Origin: Octopus vulgaris
Lineage: Eukaryota
DNA: 64,000 nt
NCBI GenBank assembly: GCA_951406725.2
Contig: OX597815.1
Span: 169,508,001-169,572,000, forward strand
Direction: 5' to 3'
Shown: positions 39,465-55,239 of the stretch, piece after piece
Numbering within the stretch: position 1 is the first letter of the stretch
Layout of the letters: each line of letters begins with the position of its first letter
The notes under the pieces: generated by a model
Databases searched by the model: none
What the model was told of the DNA's origin: nothing
What the model saw: the letters and a program-made list of their open reading frames with translations, nothing else
Made by a program: the position numbers and the translations under genes

Positions 39465-39790
39465 ATCATCATCCTTTAACGTCCGCTTTCCATGCTAGCA
39501 TGGGTTGGACGATTTGACTGAGGTCTGGCGAACCAGACTCCAATCTGATCTGGCAGAGTTTCTACTTCTGGATGCCCTTCCTAACGCCAACCACCCCGAG
39601 AGTGTAGTGGGTACTTTTACGTGCCACCGGCACGAGGGCCAGTTTGGTGGTACTGGCAACGGCCATGCCCAAATGGTGCTTCCTACGTGCCACCTGCACA
39701 GGAGCCAGTCCAGCGGCACTGGCGACGACTTCGCTCGAATATTTCAAATGCCACCAGCACAAGTGCTAGTAAGGCGACGCGGTAACGATC
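39465..39790 (-). mobile_element. Short retroposon family E (3' end catggaaa.cggacgttaaa + (GAT)n)
   Basis: Also at about 35035-35290(-), 33215-33615(-, interrupted) and 4350-4417(+). Confidence 0.65.
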
Positions 39791-41137
39791 ACGATCAACG
39801 ATCAAAGATCAAATAATAATAATAATAATAATGATAATATATATATATATATTCAGATGAATATGGTACTTAAGTTGAGGTACCAGAATTTAGTACGATA
39901 TTATCCATACAATTTCGAAATAAGATGATTAAAATTAAAATAAGCAACAAAGATATCCAGAGGTAATGCAGTACGATCGTTTCACGCAACTCCATTTAAT
40001 TGAACAATGCAGCCATTACATCAATTTAAATGCAGAGCAATCCTCAGCTGCACAAAGACGGAGAATTTAATTAAATTATATATATATATATATATATATA
40101 TCATTCAGCTGTAGAAATGAGTTGCGACGTCACTGGTGCCAAGCCGTATCGGCCTTTACCTACACTTGGATAACATCAGTGGCGTGGAGAGTAGAGACTG
40201 GTATGTATGAGTAACTGCTGGTCCTCCATAAAACAATCTTGCATGGACTTGTGCCTCGGAGGATAACTTTCTAGGTGCAATCCCATGGTCATTCATGACA
40301 GGAGGGGATATTTTTGTTTTAATTATAATAGACACACGCACACGTATATATTAGTGTGTTTGTTGTACTACGGTCTTCAATAAATATTCTCTTGCGATTG
40401 CTCGTAGAGAAACAAACTGAACTGTTTCTTGAAATAGAGACATCTAAAGCAAAAATCTTTACAGGAACCTTAAAATATAACCGTGGAGCACCAGTTTACT
40501 ATTTTGCTTGCATGGCCCCACAAAATCTTATATGGACCCTCAGGGGTCAAATGGACCCCGGTTGAGAACCATTGGCTTAGAGTCAAGAACAATATAGCTG
40601 AAAGGCGAACTTCTGAAATCACAAGGTTGTTGTGCCTGAGCCGACGCGTAAGACTGTTCGTCTGATGGTATTCACGATTGTAATTACACGCGCGCACACA
40701 CATGCACACCTACGCGCACACATACACATCGAGTGATGCAATGTTTTATGAGTGAAACTGTATTTAAGCAGGGTCAACGGCTGATAAATCTGTATTAACA
40801 AAACTTGTCAAACTAATTATTTTCCTCTTTGTTCCATCATAAAGAAAAATAGATTAAATTTGTTTCCATAATGATGTTCATAGCTGACTGGCTTGATATG
40901 TGAAGATAGTCGGAGATGCTAAGAGTATGTGTAGACATAAATACATACATACATACATGCGTACGTATATGTAGAATTATATGTGTATATGTATGTATAT
41001 ATTTAGATATAAAGATATGTATATATATATATAAATGTATAAAGGTATATATTATATATGTGTGTGTGTGTATATAAAGGATATATATATTATATTATAT
41101 TTATGTATATATATATATATATACGCATATATTTTAT

Positions 41138-42010
41138 TATAGGTGAATAAACTGTCGTCTAAGTTAAGCACAAATGAAAACACTGACATCTCATTTTAAC
41201 AGATATATTTACCTAAATTACAAAAATATCCTGAAATACTAAAGACTAAATTTTTTTCAATAAAATCGTCGTTGGCTTCAACCATGGCCTCCAGACCACT
41301 TCAGAACCTCCTGCAACACATCTCGACGGTTTCCTAGTTTAAATCGGTGTGTGCTACCATAATCTTTGCCTTCAGTTCATCTTTGGTGTTACAAAGATCT
41401 TTGCTGGTCTCTCGCTCAGCTACGCCCCACATATAATCAAGTCGGTTGCAGTCTGGGGAGTTAGGTGGCCAGATGTTAAGGGTGGTGTAGTTGCAGAAAT
41501 TGTCTGACAGCCATGACTGGGTTCTCCTGCTTGTGTTGCACGGTGCGGAGTCCTGTTGCCTGACATAGGGTATTCTATCAGCCACCCTCTTTTCCCAGGG
41601 CAGTACTATCTCCTCAAGGCACTTGATGCAGGCTTCGGTGTTGAGTGTGAGACCGTGTGGGAAGATGAATGGAGGCATAACGTTGCCATCACTACTGATC
41701 ACTACAAACACTATGATGTTGACTGGATGTTTGATTTTTATCACTCTCGGTGCATGTTCTCAGATTGCACTGTTCTCAGACTGAGACCCAAAACCTCTGA
41801 AATTTTCGTATTGGAGCTTCCGGCGCGAATACCAAGCAGTACAGCATGTCGTTTCCAAATTTCTGGCAGAGTGAATTGCATCATGGTGCTGTTTTTCAAA
41901 CAGGCGGTGCCCAACTGATCCTACGGTACTGTGTAGTCGACAAAATCAAAAACAAACAATGCACATGCGCGAAATTAGAAATATAAAATGATGACAATTT
42001 ACCCATCGTA
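41138..42010 (-). mobile_element. Internally deleted maT (DD37D) Tc1/mariner transposon
   Basis: ORF 41744-41334 has QQDSAP...WPPNSPDCNRLDY with 37 residues between the last two Asp. N-terminal HTH-like MMQFTLPEIWKRHAVLLGIRAGSSNTKISEVLGLSLRTVQ near 41885. Imperfect TIRs ggtgaataaactgtcgtc / gatgacaatttacccatc. Confidence 0.85.
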
Positions 42011-42037
42011 TCCTCCATATATATGTATATATATAGG

Positions 42038-42091
<54 letters not shown>

Positions 42092-42359
42092 TGTGTATAT
42101 ATATATGTATATACATATATATGTATATAGACACACACACATGTATTTTAGATGCCGGTTAAAGGAAATGATGCAATGCCGATTTTTTAAAACTATCTAA
42201 TACGAAATACGACAGCTATGTACCGTGTTAAGAAATACACAGGTCAGGCATTAGGCAATTAATATAGTAAATTGTCAATATGAGGCATGAAGTTTTATCA
42301 CTATGAGATAGTATATAAAATTATGTTGATAATAAAAAGGAATAATTTCAACACACACA

Positions 42360-42399
<40 letters not shown>

Positions 42400-43050
42400 T
42401 ATATGCATATATGTATAGTTATGCTCTCACACAGACACAACACGCACATATGTATAGAATGATACATATACAGATATATAAATGGGTAGACTAATTTGCG
42501 TTTCCAGAATTTGTTGGTGGCGTTATTAATTAATAAATAAATATTTACACTCAAGCATTTTGTGTTAGAAAATATGTGATATGTTTAATATAGCTGATGT
42601 ATAGCATTTATTGCCTGCACAATAAGAGGTAACAAATATAAAAACAATATGTTATTCTCTTCGCCAAAAGAAACATGAAAGAAATCTTAACACGTTTCAT
42701 GGCTAATTGGCCACTCGTTAAATAATTGGCAGAGCTTATTTTCCTAAGAAATGAAAACAAAATAATTACTTTTTAAATTATACGAATATTAAGATATCAG
42801 ATAATGTTAGACAACTATGAAACATTACAGTGGTCAAGCATTAGTTTTATATATATATATATATATATGAACTCTCACGTTCGTTCACTATTTTTTCACT
42901 CGATTAATTGATGAAACTGAACCATATCTGAAACAACTGTAAGTCTATAATGATGAAACTGAACCAATATCTGAAACAACTGTAAGTCTATAATGCACAA
43001 ATAAATGTATAAAGCCCACTATGTAATTATTTATGCTTATATATATATAT

Positions 43051-43111
<61 letters not shown>

Positions 43112-43701
43112 CATACATACATATATGTATTGTCTTTTGGAATGGTGTATCTTGAATCACATAAAGCTACAAGTAATAACATGTGAATATTAGGTTGGAA
43201 AAAAACCCTTTTGGGGCTGAAAGATTCGTAGGCTGGCCGATGGACTCGAACCCACATTTGCTGTTAACATGACGGGGTTTTCTACCATTAGACCAAAGCA
43301 TTCTTTCGAATTTCTGCATCCATTTTAGAAGCTTTATTCTTACCAGCAAGAATTGTATGCTGTTGACGTCTTAAGAAATTTATAGACTTTCGAAAGAACG
43401 TGAAATAATTCGTTTTCGGAACGGTGTATCTCGAAGCACATAAATGATATGACAGATAACACTCCATTGTATACCAACCATGTGTAATATTAGGAAATAT
43501 GGTATACATAGTTTAATTTCTATTAAATTTCTTGGTGTTTATAAAAACAAACGATGATATAACTACCAATTTTCAAACGAAAAAATTATTACCTTAAAAT
43601 TAATATATATATATACATATATATATATTGATTTTAAGGTAAAATTTTTTCTTTTGAAAATTAGTATTCACACGCGTGTATACGTATATATGTGTGTGTG
43701 C

Positions 43702-43761
<60 letters not shown>

Positions 43762-44701
43762 ACATCTATATGTGGTATATGCGTGAATGTATGCGTATGT
43801 ATGCACGTGTATGTGTGCGTATTTGCGCTTGTGTGTATGTCTTGTATACTTATGAGTCTGTCTATAGTTACGCGTGCACACACACACACACATACACACA
43901 CACACGCGCGCGCACACACACATTTCCAAGTGTCTGAATTTTATATTCTCACTTCCTAATACGGATATATATATATATATATTCCTCTGTTTACATCGGC
44001 TAGGAACGTATTTATACGTTTGTTTATTCGTCTCAGGAAAAACAAAATTTCATAGAGACGATTATAAAACATTGTTTTACACTCCGAACTGTTTAAATAC
44101 CCTTTTTCAATTAATGTTTCTTGTCTTTATTACTCTAGTCCCATTGTTTTTCACATAACATTTCAAACGTATACTATTCTTCCATAATTGACCGCTTCCC
44201 TTCCTCTGTGTATTTCTTTACCTATCGCCTTCTTCCTATTCCTCTTTCCTTTCCGTTTTACCTTTTCCATTAACCTCTCTCACCCAGCATCATATCATTT
44301 TCTCTCACTACGCTCTTTCCTGCCTCCTTTATTCCCTCTATTTTGTTTCATTATTCTTTATTCTGCTATATTTTCTGTTTTACACCTCAAATATTGATAC
44401 GAACTGTCGCTCTTTCATCCCTGCCTTTATCCCTCATTTTCCCATTCTCTCACTAACTACTCTGTCACCTATAACCCATCTCCTCCTCCTCCCTGTCTTT
44501 GTGATTATTTTTCTCTCTCTGTAGAGTTCTTTACTCATTGCCTTCCACCAAGCCAGGTATTTGGACTCATCCTAAACCTCAAGTTAACTCTTTCTGTATT
44601 TAACTTTATTTTCTCTCACCCTTCTTTCTATTTGATGAAAGCACGACTGGAGAAATCAATCAATCAACCAAGAACATTTATATCAGCTATTATTAGCCAA
44701 G

Positions 44702-44738
<37 letters not shown>

Positions 44739-46044
44739 TAAATGTAGACACCTTGAGAAGCACTTGTTAAGTAAATAGAGCATACCACCACTACATGACT
44801 AAATATACTTGCAAAAAGGAAAGAAAAGGAACCCAGTTTTCCTTCCTTACACCGTTTTTATAAGAGCGTATGTTTCTTGTTTTTATTGTTATTCGTTATT
44901 TTTTCTTTTTTTCTAGCCTTTCCTGCATACATAGAGAAACGACATATTGTACATTGCTAGTTACTTCAATTTTGTGCTTAAATTGAACACTCATTCCATC
45001 CTTGTATTTACAGCAAAAATTTCACAAAAGACTCGAAAGAAAAGTTTTCAGTCTGTGACATGGATGGAAAAAAAAAAGGTATCGAGTAATAAATCCGAGA
45101 AGATGGAAATAATTAATTTTTTTTAACGAACCCAAAAAGAATTGTAATTAATGAAATGCAATGAATGAACATTTTTAAATAATAGGGGAGAAGATTTAAA
45201 GGAGACGTAGAGGCGGTGGGAGGCCGGAAAGAAGAAAAAGAGCAAAGAAAAACAAAAACGAATAACGATAAAAAGAGTATACACATATATAGACAGTCTG
45301 TACATTCCCGCCACACACACATACACACATACCACACACACACACACCACACACACAAACACACACACACACACACACAAGCGCATTGTAATAAATAAAC
45401 AAACGTAGGTGTTTTTGTAAGTATACGAGTATTTAGTCATTCAGTGATACTTTGATCTACTTATGTAATAAGCATTTCTCAAAGTGTCAACATTTTCGAA
45501 AATTTCAGCACTAGCATCGAAGCAGAAGGCAACGTATTATTAGTTTTTTTTAGGATAATTATCACTAATGCAAGGTCTCGATCTTTTACTAATAGTCTAT
45601 TTGTTGTTATAATTTGAACCATTTTCTTTCCATTTCTATTAGTCGGTTAATTTAATCATGTTTCTTCTTACGATGTGATTAAAAAAAGTTTAGTTATAGT
45701 ATCTGTATTTGAATCTTCCTTCAGTCATACCTATGTAGCATTTGAACATGTGCTGAGATTTAGCTTGGTGGAAGTACTCTCTCCTTTAAATCACAACTTC
45801 TGATATGAGATATGGAGAGCGCCGATATTCTCGCTCCTGAATGGAACAACAGTCCTTGGTAGGGTTACCCATTTACAGCTTAAAGTCCTGGAGCAGTGTG
45901 AAATGAAGTGCTTTCCTCAAGAGAACAACGAACCGCCGGTCTTGAAATCGAAATCACGATTGCAAGATATTGCCATCGTGTCCGCAACTCTCCACTAACC
46001 ATTACGCCATGCGTTTTCCCTATCATTATACCTCAAAGATATAA

Positions 46045-46650
46045 AGGCGGCGAGCTGGCAGAAACGTTAGCACGCCGGGCGAAATGCTTAGCAGCCCTTC
46101 GTCTGCCGCTACGTTCTGAGTTCAACTTCCGCCGAGGTCGACTTTGCCTTTCATCCTTTCGGGGGTCGATTAAATAAGTACCAGTTACGCACTGGGGTCA
46201 ATATAATCGACTTAATCCGTTTGTCTGTCCTTGTTTGTCCCCTCTGTATTTAGCCCCTTGTGGGTAGTAAAGAAATAGGTATTTCGTCTGCCGTTACGTT
46301 GTAAGTTCAAATTCCGCTGAGGTCGACTTTGCCTTTCATCCTTCCGGGGTCGATAAATAAAGGACCAGTTATGCACTGGGGTCGATATAATCGACTTAAT
46401 CCGTTTGTCTGTCCTTGTTTGTCCTCTGTGTTTAGCCCCTTGTGGATAGTAAAGAAATAGGTATTGAAATAAAGAAATAGGTATTTCTTTTATCTTTACG
46501 TTCTGAGTTCAAATTCCGCCTAGGTCGACTTTGCCTTTCATTCTTTCGGGGTCGATAAATTAAGTACCAGTTGCGTACTGGGGTCGATCTAATCGACTGG
46601 CCCCCTCCCCCAAAATTTCGGGCCTTGTGCCTAGAGTAGAAAAGATTATA
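46045..46650 (+). mobile_element. Trimeric SINE family B
   Basis: Three tandem cores separated by aaagaaataggtatt. Confidence 0.85.
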
Positions 46651-47458
46651 CTGCAAAGATATATTATCATTAAAACACGAAAAAAAAACGAATTATTTTC
46701 TTTAAGAAAAAAGAGAAAGAGAAATATTCATCTCTCGCAAAAAAAACAAAAACAAAACAAAAACAAAAACAAACAAAAACAAAAGAAAAGAGAGAAGGAA
46801 GCCAAAACTTTTTAAAGAGCAAAAGCTTTATTGTAATTTGAAACTCTGCCTAATACTAACTGAGTAACTGGGTTACCGCTGAAGATTTTTATCTTCGCGT
46901 AGTTTATCAAGTTCAAGACAACTTGATGAATTCCAAGCCTCTTCAAGATATATGACTATGGTTGAAACCCTTGATATCAGGATTAAAGGGGAAGTGAAGA
47001 GTTCAACGGAGAATAAGAACACCAACGTCATCACAACGTCATACGGACACGGCCAGTTATGTTCAGATATTTTTGTTCAGTTCTCTCCAGGTTCTGAATC
47101 AACTCTACTTCCCCATAATCAGTTTATGACAAATTCAACTCTAAAGGAAACAGGATGTTGCGTCATATATATATATATGTATGTATGTATTTATGTATGT
47201 ATGTGTTGTGTATATGCGTGTGTTTGCTTTTTAAAGAGTATTAGCCATCTAATTGAAGATAATTGACTGCAACGGAGAATTAGAACCAGCTTGTGGACAT
47301 AGTTCACAGGGTTCCGCCCAGTCCCCTGTTCTATATAAATAAATATATTAACATATGCGCGAATATTAATCCATGCTGTATAGCGTGTTATATAATTTTA
47401 CTCGTACACTTTATTATCATTTGAGTATTGGGTACTTTAAGAGAAAGAGAGAGAAAAC

Positions 47459-47513
<55 letters not shown>

Positions 47514-48590
47514 CGAGAGAGAATAAGAGTGGAACGTATGTCACACAAGATTCCCGAATGTACTTCTGCATAAATGAAAGACAAATGGTTTCTATCAGAA
47601 ACTACTCGTAAAACTATATTTATGCTAAACTAATGAGAATACCTCTAAATAGTTACACGACCTGCTAGAAATAGCAAACAAATCTCCTTTAAATTACGCC
47701 TTATTAACGTATATGAGTATCAATCATCTAAATAAAGAAGGACACATTATATAATGTAGTTCTTGACTACTTCCGTCCACAAGACTGAATGGTCATGGCT
47801 GGAACGCTTATAATCCTAGGTCTGCTCGATAAAGTCTGACCAGAGGAGAGCTAGACAATAAATTCAGTAAGTGTATCATAGTCTCACCTTTTTAAGAGCG
47901 TAGCCCTTTTTTCAACGATTTTTAATCCTTAGTATCATTAGATATTAAGGCTGCGAAAGTGGCGAGGTGACAGAACCGTTAGCATGCCGGGAAAAATGCT
48001 TAGCGACATTTCGTCCGCCTTTACGTTCTGAGTTCAAATTCTGCCGAGGTCGACTTTACCTTTCATCCTCTCGGGGGTCGATGAAATAAGTACCTGGTTG
48101 AGCACTGAGGTCGAAGTAATCGAGTAGCCCCACCTGGTGTTGTGCCTAAATTTGAAACCTCAAGGTGGTAAACTGGCAGAACCGTTAGCACGCCGTTCTG
48201 AGTTCAAATTCCGCCGAGGTTGACTTTGCCTTTCATCCCTTCGGGGTCGATAAAATAAATAAGTAGCAGATGAAAACTGGAGTCGATGTAATCGACTTAC
48301 TCCTCCTTCAAAAGTGCCAAAATTTGAAACCAATATTATTAGGCCTCCTTAGAGTCGACTTTACTTGTTGAAATTCAAGTAGAATCAGTTGATTCAAATG
48401 AAAATCAATTGTAAAAAATGTCCATTATTGTTCACAAGTTGACGTAGAAAATTGAAATATATCTAAGAGAATATATTGAACTTTCCGACGCTATCTACAC
48501 GAGACAAATTTTAAAATAAGAACGTTAGTTAGTGTTTTTGTATTTGGCTCAAGGAGCAATCAAAAGCTAATTAGAAATATTTTCTCTTAC

Positions 48591-48660
48591 CAATTCGACC
48601 GAGCCATAGTGTCGTCTGCTAAACACTCCTCGTCGAGCAGCGAGGTCTGATGCAGGCGAA
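48591..48660 (-). CDS. GARNL3: GARNL3-like (GTPase activating Rap/RanGAP domain-like 3) coding exon, 70 nt, phase 2 to 0
   Basis: Acceptor ttttctctctttctatttacag and donor TTG|gtaaga. Translation SPASDLAARRGVFSRRHYGSVEL matches the human GARNL3 N-terminal motif EDLGCRRGDFSRKHYGSVEL as recalled. Confidence 0.9.
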
Positions 48661-49223
48661 CTGTAAATAGAAAGAGAGAAAAAAAATGAATAAAACACAA
48701 AAATAAATATATAAAAATGGAACAAACAAATGAGATAAACATTATTGAACTTAATTCACTTTCTAGATAATAAATCTCCTTGAAATATTCTGAAAGGAAA
48801 TGAAAAATAATTTGATTAATCGAAAACCAAGGATATTTTTTTTATGTATGATCATGGCTAAGTATTTCATTTCAATGTTGAATGTTGAGTGCCAATATTT
48901 CCCTCGCGATATGTATGTATTTATGTATGTAAGTATGTTTGTATGTATGTATGTAAGTATGTTTGTATGTATGTTTGTATGTATGTATGTATGTATGTAT
49001 GTATGTATGTATGTATGTATATATGCACGTATTTAAGTATGTATATATATGTGTGTGTGTAAATTGGACATTTTTGTACATTTGTATAATATACATGTAT
49101 GTACGTACATACAAACATACATAAAACACACACACACACACACATACCTAGTTATGAAATATGTGTGCATAGCTTCAGATATACACATGCATATCATGTA
49201 TGTGTGTGTATGTGTGTGTGTGC

Positions 49224-49266
<43 letters not shown>

Positions 49267-49571
49267 CCATATGTGTATTTTTGTATGTACGTATAAGATA
49301 TATTTAAATATGTTTATATATATGTATATATTATAAGTATATGTTTATGTGTGTAATAAATTTATCATGGATATTGACAGATATATAAATATATAAACGA
49401 TCTGAAAATAAGAACATGCGTACTTCTAACCGCATGAGAGTAATGAGGAATAACTATGGTTGACATCGCGATGTGATGGCTATTAAAATCATGTACCGAC
49501 TTCTAAGGAATATAACCCTAAAATAGCTTCAGAACGGAACTAGGAATACAAACACTTTATGCTCCATCATA

Positions 49572-49648
<77 letters not shown>

Positions 49649-50557
49649 AGAGAGAGAGAGAGAGAGAGAGGAGGAGACTATTCTCATAAAAACGTCAGCT
49701 GTTTCGTATTTTATGCAGTTTATTTATATTATATATTTTCTTCCATAATATTCTAATATTTTTCCATATAATCCAATTGGCTAAATTTAGTGGAGAGGTA
49801 TTTACCGAGCAATTAATGCTTGTTCCGGAATTGACCATATGTTGGACATATTTTGTTGGTCGAAAGAATTACAGAAGTGATTCATTATTTTGGAGATGAA
49901 TGATTGGAAGCATGCTATCGGAACCAGAGTTTGGGTTGTGGGATATACGCAACTGACATGTATTTATGTGAATCAAGAAAAAAATAATATAAACAGGAAA
50001 AACAGCAAAAGTCAGAAGGACGTAAACAGTAAATATATTAGATTGACGCTGAGAGAAAGTTTATGATGGTAAAACGAGGTGGGGGTGACGTTTCTGGCAT
50101 GACTGTTCGTCAGACATGGGAGAGAGGAAAAAGTGCGGAGAGAAGGGAAAGGGTAGTTCGAGAAAAGCACGCGTGTCGTTATGTATGTATGTATGTATGT
50201 ATGTATGTATGTATGTATGTATGTATGTATGTATGTATGTATGTATGTACGTATGTATATATGTATGTATGTACGTACGTATGTATGTATGTATGTATGT
50301 ATGTATGTATGTATGTATGTATGTGCGTGCGTGCGTGTATGTATGTGTACGTGTACTATGTGTATGTATGTGACTATGTTTGTATATATGAATGTGTATT
50401 TGTATGTAAGTCTACATACATATGTTTGCATGTATGTGTACATATAAATAAGCTTGTACTGATATATGTATGTTGTATGTATGTATGCATACGTATGCAT
50501 GTTATACGTACACATTTACAGACACAGACATACACGTATGTGTGACAGACATTATGC

Positions 50558-50598
<41 letters not shown>

Positions 50599-50657
50599 GT
50601 TCTTTCTAGCGTGTTGAATCCCACGAGTAGATTCCTTATGTGTTTAAATGTACACTG

Positions 50658-50716
<59 letters not shown>

Positions 50717-50934
50717 TAATATGCATAATGTTTGTGCACACACACACACACACACACACAATATGTATATCTTATGTATGCTTTATATGACGCGCGCGCA
50801 CACACATACATACAGAAGAATAAGAAAAAGATGGAAAATTAGATAAAGAGAGATGTGAAGTATAATATTCTGGATTGAGAGATGCTTTGAGTAGGTTTGG
50901 TAATGGTAGAGACTGTTATAATAACGATATTATT

Positions 50935-51470
50935 ATTATTGAGAGAGCAACGCATGCCATCAAAGTGACACTAGGGTACAAATATACGAAGCCCAATATA
51001 CCCATCATGACTAACTATCTGATAAGGATACACCAAGCATATGCATCACAACCATATGTTTGCGACACGATGATCTTATATCAAGATAAGCAGCGCATGA
51101 TCTTGCAGGCGGGGCCCTGTTAGAATTTTCTTGAGGTAGAGTAGCCCATCCCGCTCAAAAGGTTCCTGAATGGGGGTTGTTTAAGGATGATGAACGAAAC
51201 GCCCATGTTTTCAGAGGTGATTTCTTCAAACCCCCAAAGGATTCCTCCTTCTGCACGTGATTAGAGATGCGCATATCACCAACCTCTAAGGGACATACTC
51301 AACTGGTTAAGGTCAAGCAACTGACAAACAAGTCTGTGGTATTGAGCAGTAAGATTGCTGCAGCCCATCTTTTTATACCAAGACAAAACATGTACATGAT
51401 AACATTTCCAATCAGTTAAGATCAGAAGCTATGAGAGCCACTGCCTGGTACTGCATCAGGGCATTTATTA
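50935..51470. repeat. Probable dispersed repeat bounded by (ATT)n tracts
   Basis: GC-richer block between attatt tracts; family not identified. Confidence 0.35.
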
Positions 51471-52069
51471 TCATTATTATTAGTATCATCATCATCATCA
51501 TCGTCGTCGTCATCAGTATCATTATTAGACACTGTTGCTATATTCTGGCAGGAACAGTTGTTAATTTCCTCAAAGCTTTCCTTTAATTAAAGTTAATCCA
51601 TTGTATTGTAAAAAAACAGTTTTTGTCTTGCCAAAATTCAAAAAGACTTGTTATTGCAAATAGGAGGTTTTAGTAACCTATACTACGCATAAACGATCCA
51701 TTGCTGTGATGGTGGTGATTGTAGTGGGTGCTTTATGCCGTCAATCGATTTGCTTGAAGAGCAACCGAATCTTTCACTCAAATAGCGCTCTAAATGCGAT
51801 CATCCCATTTATTTAGACGAGATGGACGCAGCTGGAATGCCTTTAATCATAAGTCTACAGCATTCAGGTTCGAGACAAGGTTAAATAACAAACAAGAGCA
51901 TATCACATATAACAAAGGTGAAGATGACGAATTGACAGAGTCGTTAGAGCGCATTTGTTGCAGCTCTGTGTGTTCTGAGTTCAAATCACGTCGAAGTCAA
52001 CTTTATCTGTTATGCTTCTAAGACTTTTCTGTCTTATTTTCTTCCCCTCTCTTTCTGAAAGAAAACGGC

Positions 52070-53570
52070 CCTTGCCAGCCATGGAAAAGGATATACTCCG
52101 CTAAGTTTAGCTGCAAAAATGTATATCACCACACAACAACTCAATCAGAATGTAAACGGTAATGATGTATACTGCATTCGATATATGAAACAAGCAATAG
52201 AAAGTGGTGCGTTTTCTCCTTCGTTGGCGCAGTATTGAACAAAAAGCTAGATATTTCATTTTTGCTGGATCATAATTACTAAGAGTTAAAATATTCTTTT
52301 CCTGAAGGTTCTCTAGCCTACTTCACACGTGTTTTTGAAATTGCTGTAGAACGTTCACATAAATTCATGGTTATTGCTAGTATCTCACAGTTTTCGTACA
52401 ATGGTTATTCTGGATGAAGAAAGGGTCTTTTATTCAGAGATAAGTAATGCTGCCGGTTTCACAATTCTCGTTTGAGGATATGGAAGAAGAGTGTAATAGT
52501 GAACGAGGATATGAATGTGAGAGGAAGGGAGGCATACATTGCAAAAGATGTAGAAGAATGGGGAATATTAGGGGAGGAGTGACAAAATGGAAATTGTTGA
52601 TAACAAGTTTAAATGCATATGGGATTAAATGGCCATAGAATTATATGCAATAAAAGGAGAAATTTCAAGAGAAAAATCTATAAAACTAGATAAAAACGAG
52701 TAGTTCCTACGTACACCAATAATTTTTACTATACTCAGTTATTTCGGGATCTAATGGTTGTAACCAAGTAGTTATGAAACCCTTAGCAACTAAAATATTG
52801 TATCCCTTTATATTGACACTCTGTTAAAGAAATCTTCTGAAAGACAACATTTTTTTGTGAAAACAGAACATTCCATACGCTTCGTGTATCTAGGTTACCA
52901 AAGTTTCCCCATAGTATGGATTAACTGGATTAATAAATTAGTGGGATCGATAAATTGATTGAATAAAATATTAATGTTTATGAAAAAAAGATATTCATAT
53001 TAAAAACATAATACAACATTATATTTTTTTGTTGATGTCCATCAATGCATAACAAGAGAACAGATGTTTGGTTAACAAAATCGAACTGCACAGCCTGCAA
53101 CTACTCTTGTGGTCTACATAAACATTGTAGGATGAAGTGGGTAGAGGAGTGCAAAGATTGGGTTAAACATGGGAACATTCTGAGGGTGTTGTTCTATAGA
53201 ATCCAGTGTGCTGAATGTCTAATAACAAAAGAGACGATTTTTGAAAAAAGAAAAAAATATATATAGATTGAGGTTAGACGTTTGATTAAATTTACCTGGA
53301 AAAATTTCCCCAACAAATATCCATAAATAAAATATAAGATAATAATGAGATCTTAGGAAATGCATTAATGAAATTTGATATTAACACTAATATGCTCTCT
53401 GTGGCCTTCTCTCTCCCCCTCTCTACCACAGGAACAAAATTTTTTTGCCACTATTTTAGTTTACATCTAAATGTGTACAAAATATTAAGTAGATGCAAAT
53501 TATAGATGACATTTTAACGACGGCAAAACAGCATTTAAAAAAATGCCGCCGACCGCGATAGCGTTAAAAC
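52070..53570 (+). mobile_element. Highly decayed piggyBac-like transposase remnant
   Basis: Scattered motifs in piggyBac order (YGIKW, SLYID, LPK, DWVKH...FYR); many stops. Confidence 0.35.
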
Positions 53571-54388
53571 GGATTATTATCATTATCGTCAATTTTTTTT
53601 GTTTTGTTTTAGCAATTTACATTTAGGAATATTATTTCTCGATATTGCTAAATAAGTGACGTTAAGTGGGATTTAAAATGGTTTAACTATATTCTGACTT
53701 TCTCACCAACCATTCGTGAACAAACGATTATTAACCGTGTAGAAACGAGTAATTTTGATAGAGGCGACTCTGCAGAAATATCAAACGATAAAAGCAAAAC
53801 AAAAACTAAACAGAACGAAACTAAACTAAACCAGTTAGCAATAAATGAATAACTAGCCATTACATGTAGACTATTAGTTCTTCGCTATACTCCAGATAGA
53901 CCCAGAGATAACCAAGAGAGAGAAAATAAGAATAAAAACCTAGTTTTCTTGGTTTTCCATTTACGTTTTCTCATTTTTCGATAAGCATCCCTCTTTGCCG
54001 CTGACATTTGATTTATTCGAATTAGCTTATCGGTAATGCTTTATCAGAGATAGGTCACTTTTGATCACGTGAATGAGCTGCTATGGCTCTTTGACCCTTT
54101 GATCTCTTTGTTAGTTGTTAAGAACCTTAAATGAAGCAACTCTTAACAGTGTCCGTCCCGTCATTTTTTTTATATAAACAATTTATAAGCAAAATGCTAT
54201 ATCGTCTTTATGCATATACACACATTATTTCACGCGCGCACAGACACACAGACATACTCGTATGTATGTATGTATGTATGTATGTATGTATGTATGTATG
54301 TATGTATGTATGTATGTATGTATGTATGCATGTATGTATGTACGCATGTATGTATGTATGCATGTATGTATATATATATATGTATATA

Positions 54389-54502
<114 letters not shown>

Positions 54503-54582
54503 AATATATATATGTATATGTATATATATATGTATATATATATGTATATATATATATGTATATATATATATAGATATATATA

Positions 54583-54632
<50 letters not shown>

Positions 54633-54989
54633 CATATATATAAATCTCATCTGCGAACCCATGGAAAACGAACCTCCACCAACTATTCTGCCTATATATC
54701 TTCTTTTTCTTCTGTCTGTACGTGGGGGAAGTTCCCATCATAAGTACGTGGGTGATTTTCTTGATCGAAGAAACAGCGATGTTTTGACTTCGTATTTTTG
54801 TTGAACATTTCTTCTGCTCAGTATGTTTATGTTGGTGATTTTAAATATATCGTAATCTTATAGATATATTGTATTTTAGTATACTTTCCAGATCAGTTTG
54901 CTGTTTTCTTTGAAATTGAAATATTTTTACGGGTTTTCAGAAGCACAGGAAAACACGTCTGGACCATACGAAACCGGAAGTATATATTT

Positions 54990-55180
54990 TTTTCCTCTGT
55001 CTTCCCTTCTAGGGATCTTTCCTTCTCCTTGTTTCCGACGAAGAGCTCCGCTCGAAATGTTAAACCCTCTTTCCCTTCTTTCCTGAGCGTCAAATAATAC
55101 TTTAATTGTTCCACGTCTTCGCGTTGCTGTTTTTTTTCTGTGTTTTTTTCCGTGTTTTCTTGTTTGGATTAACTTTATAT
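54990..55180 (+). mobile_element. Short Penelope-like repeat with minimal hammerhead-like motif, near (TA)n
   Basis: gttt CCGACGA a gagc tcc gctc GAAAT GTT aaac at 55031-55065; the same family is inverted at 57205-57410. Confidence 0.55.
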
Positions 55181-55239
55181 ATATATATATAAACACACAC
55201 ACACGCACACACATTTCCAATACTACTACACTAAAAAAT

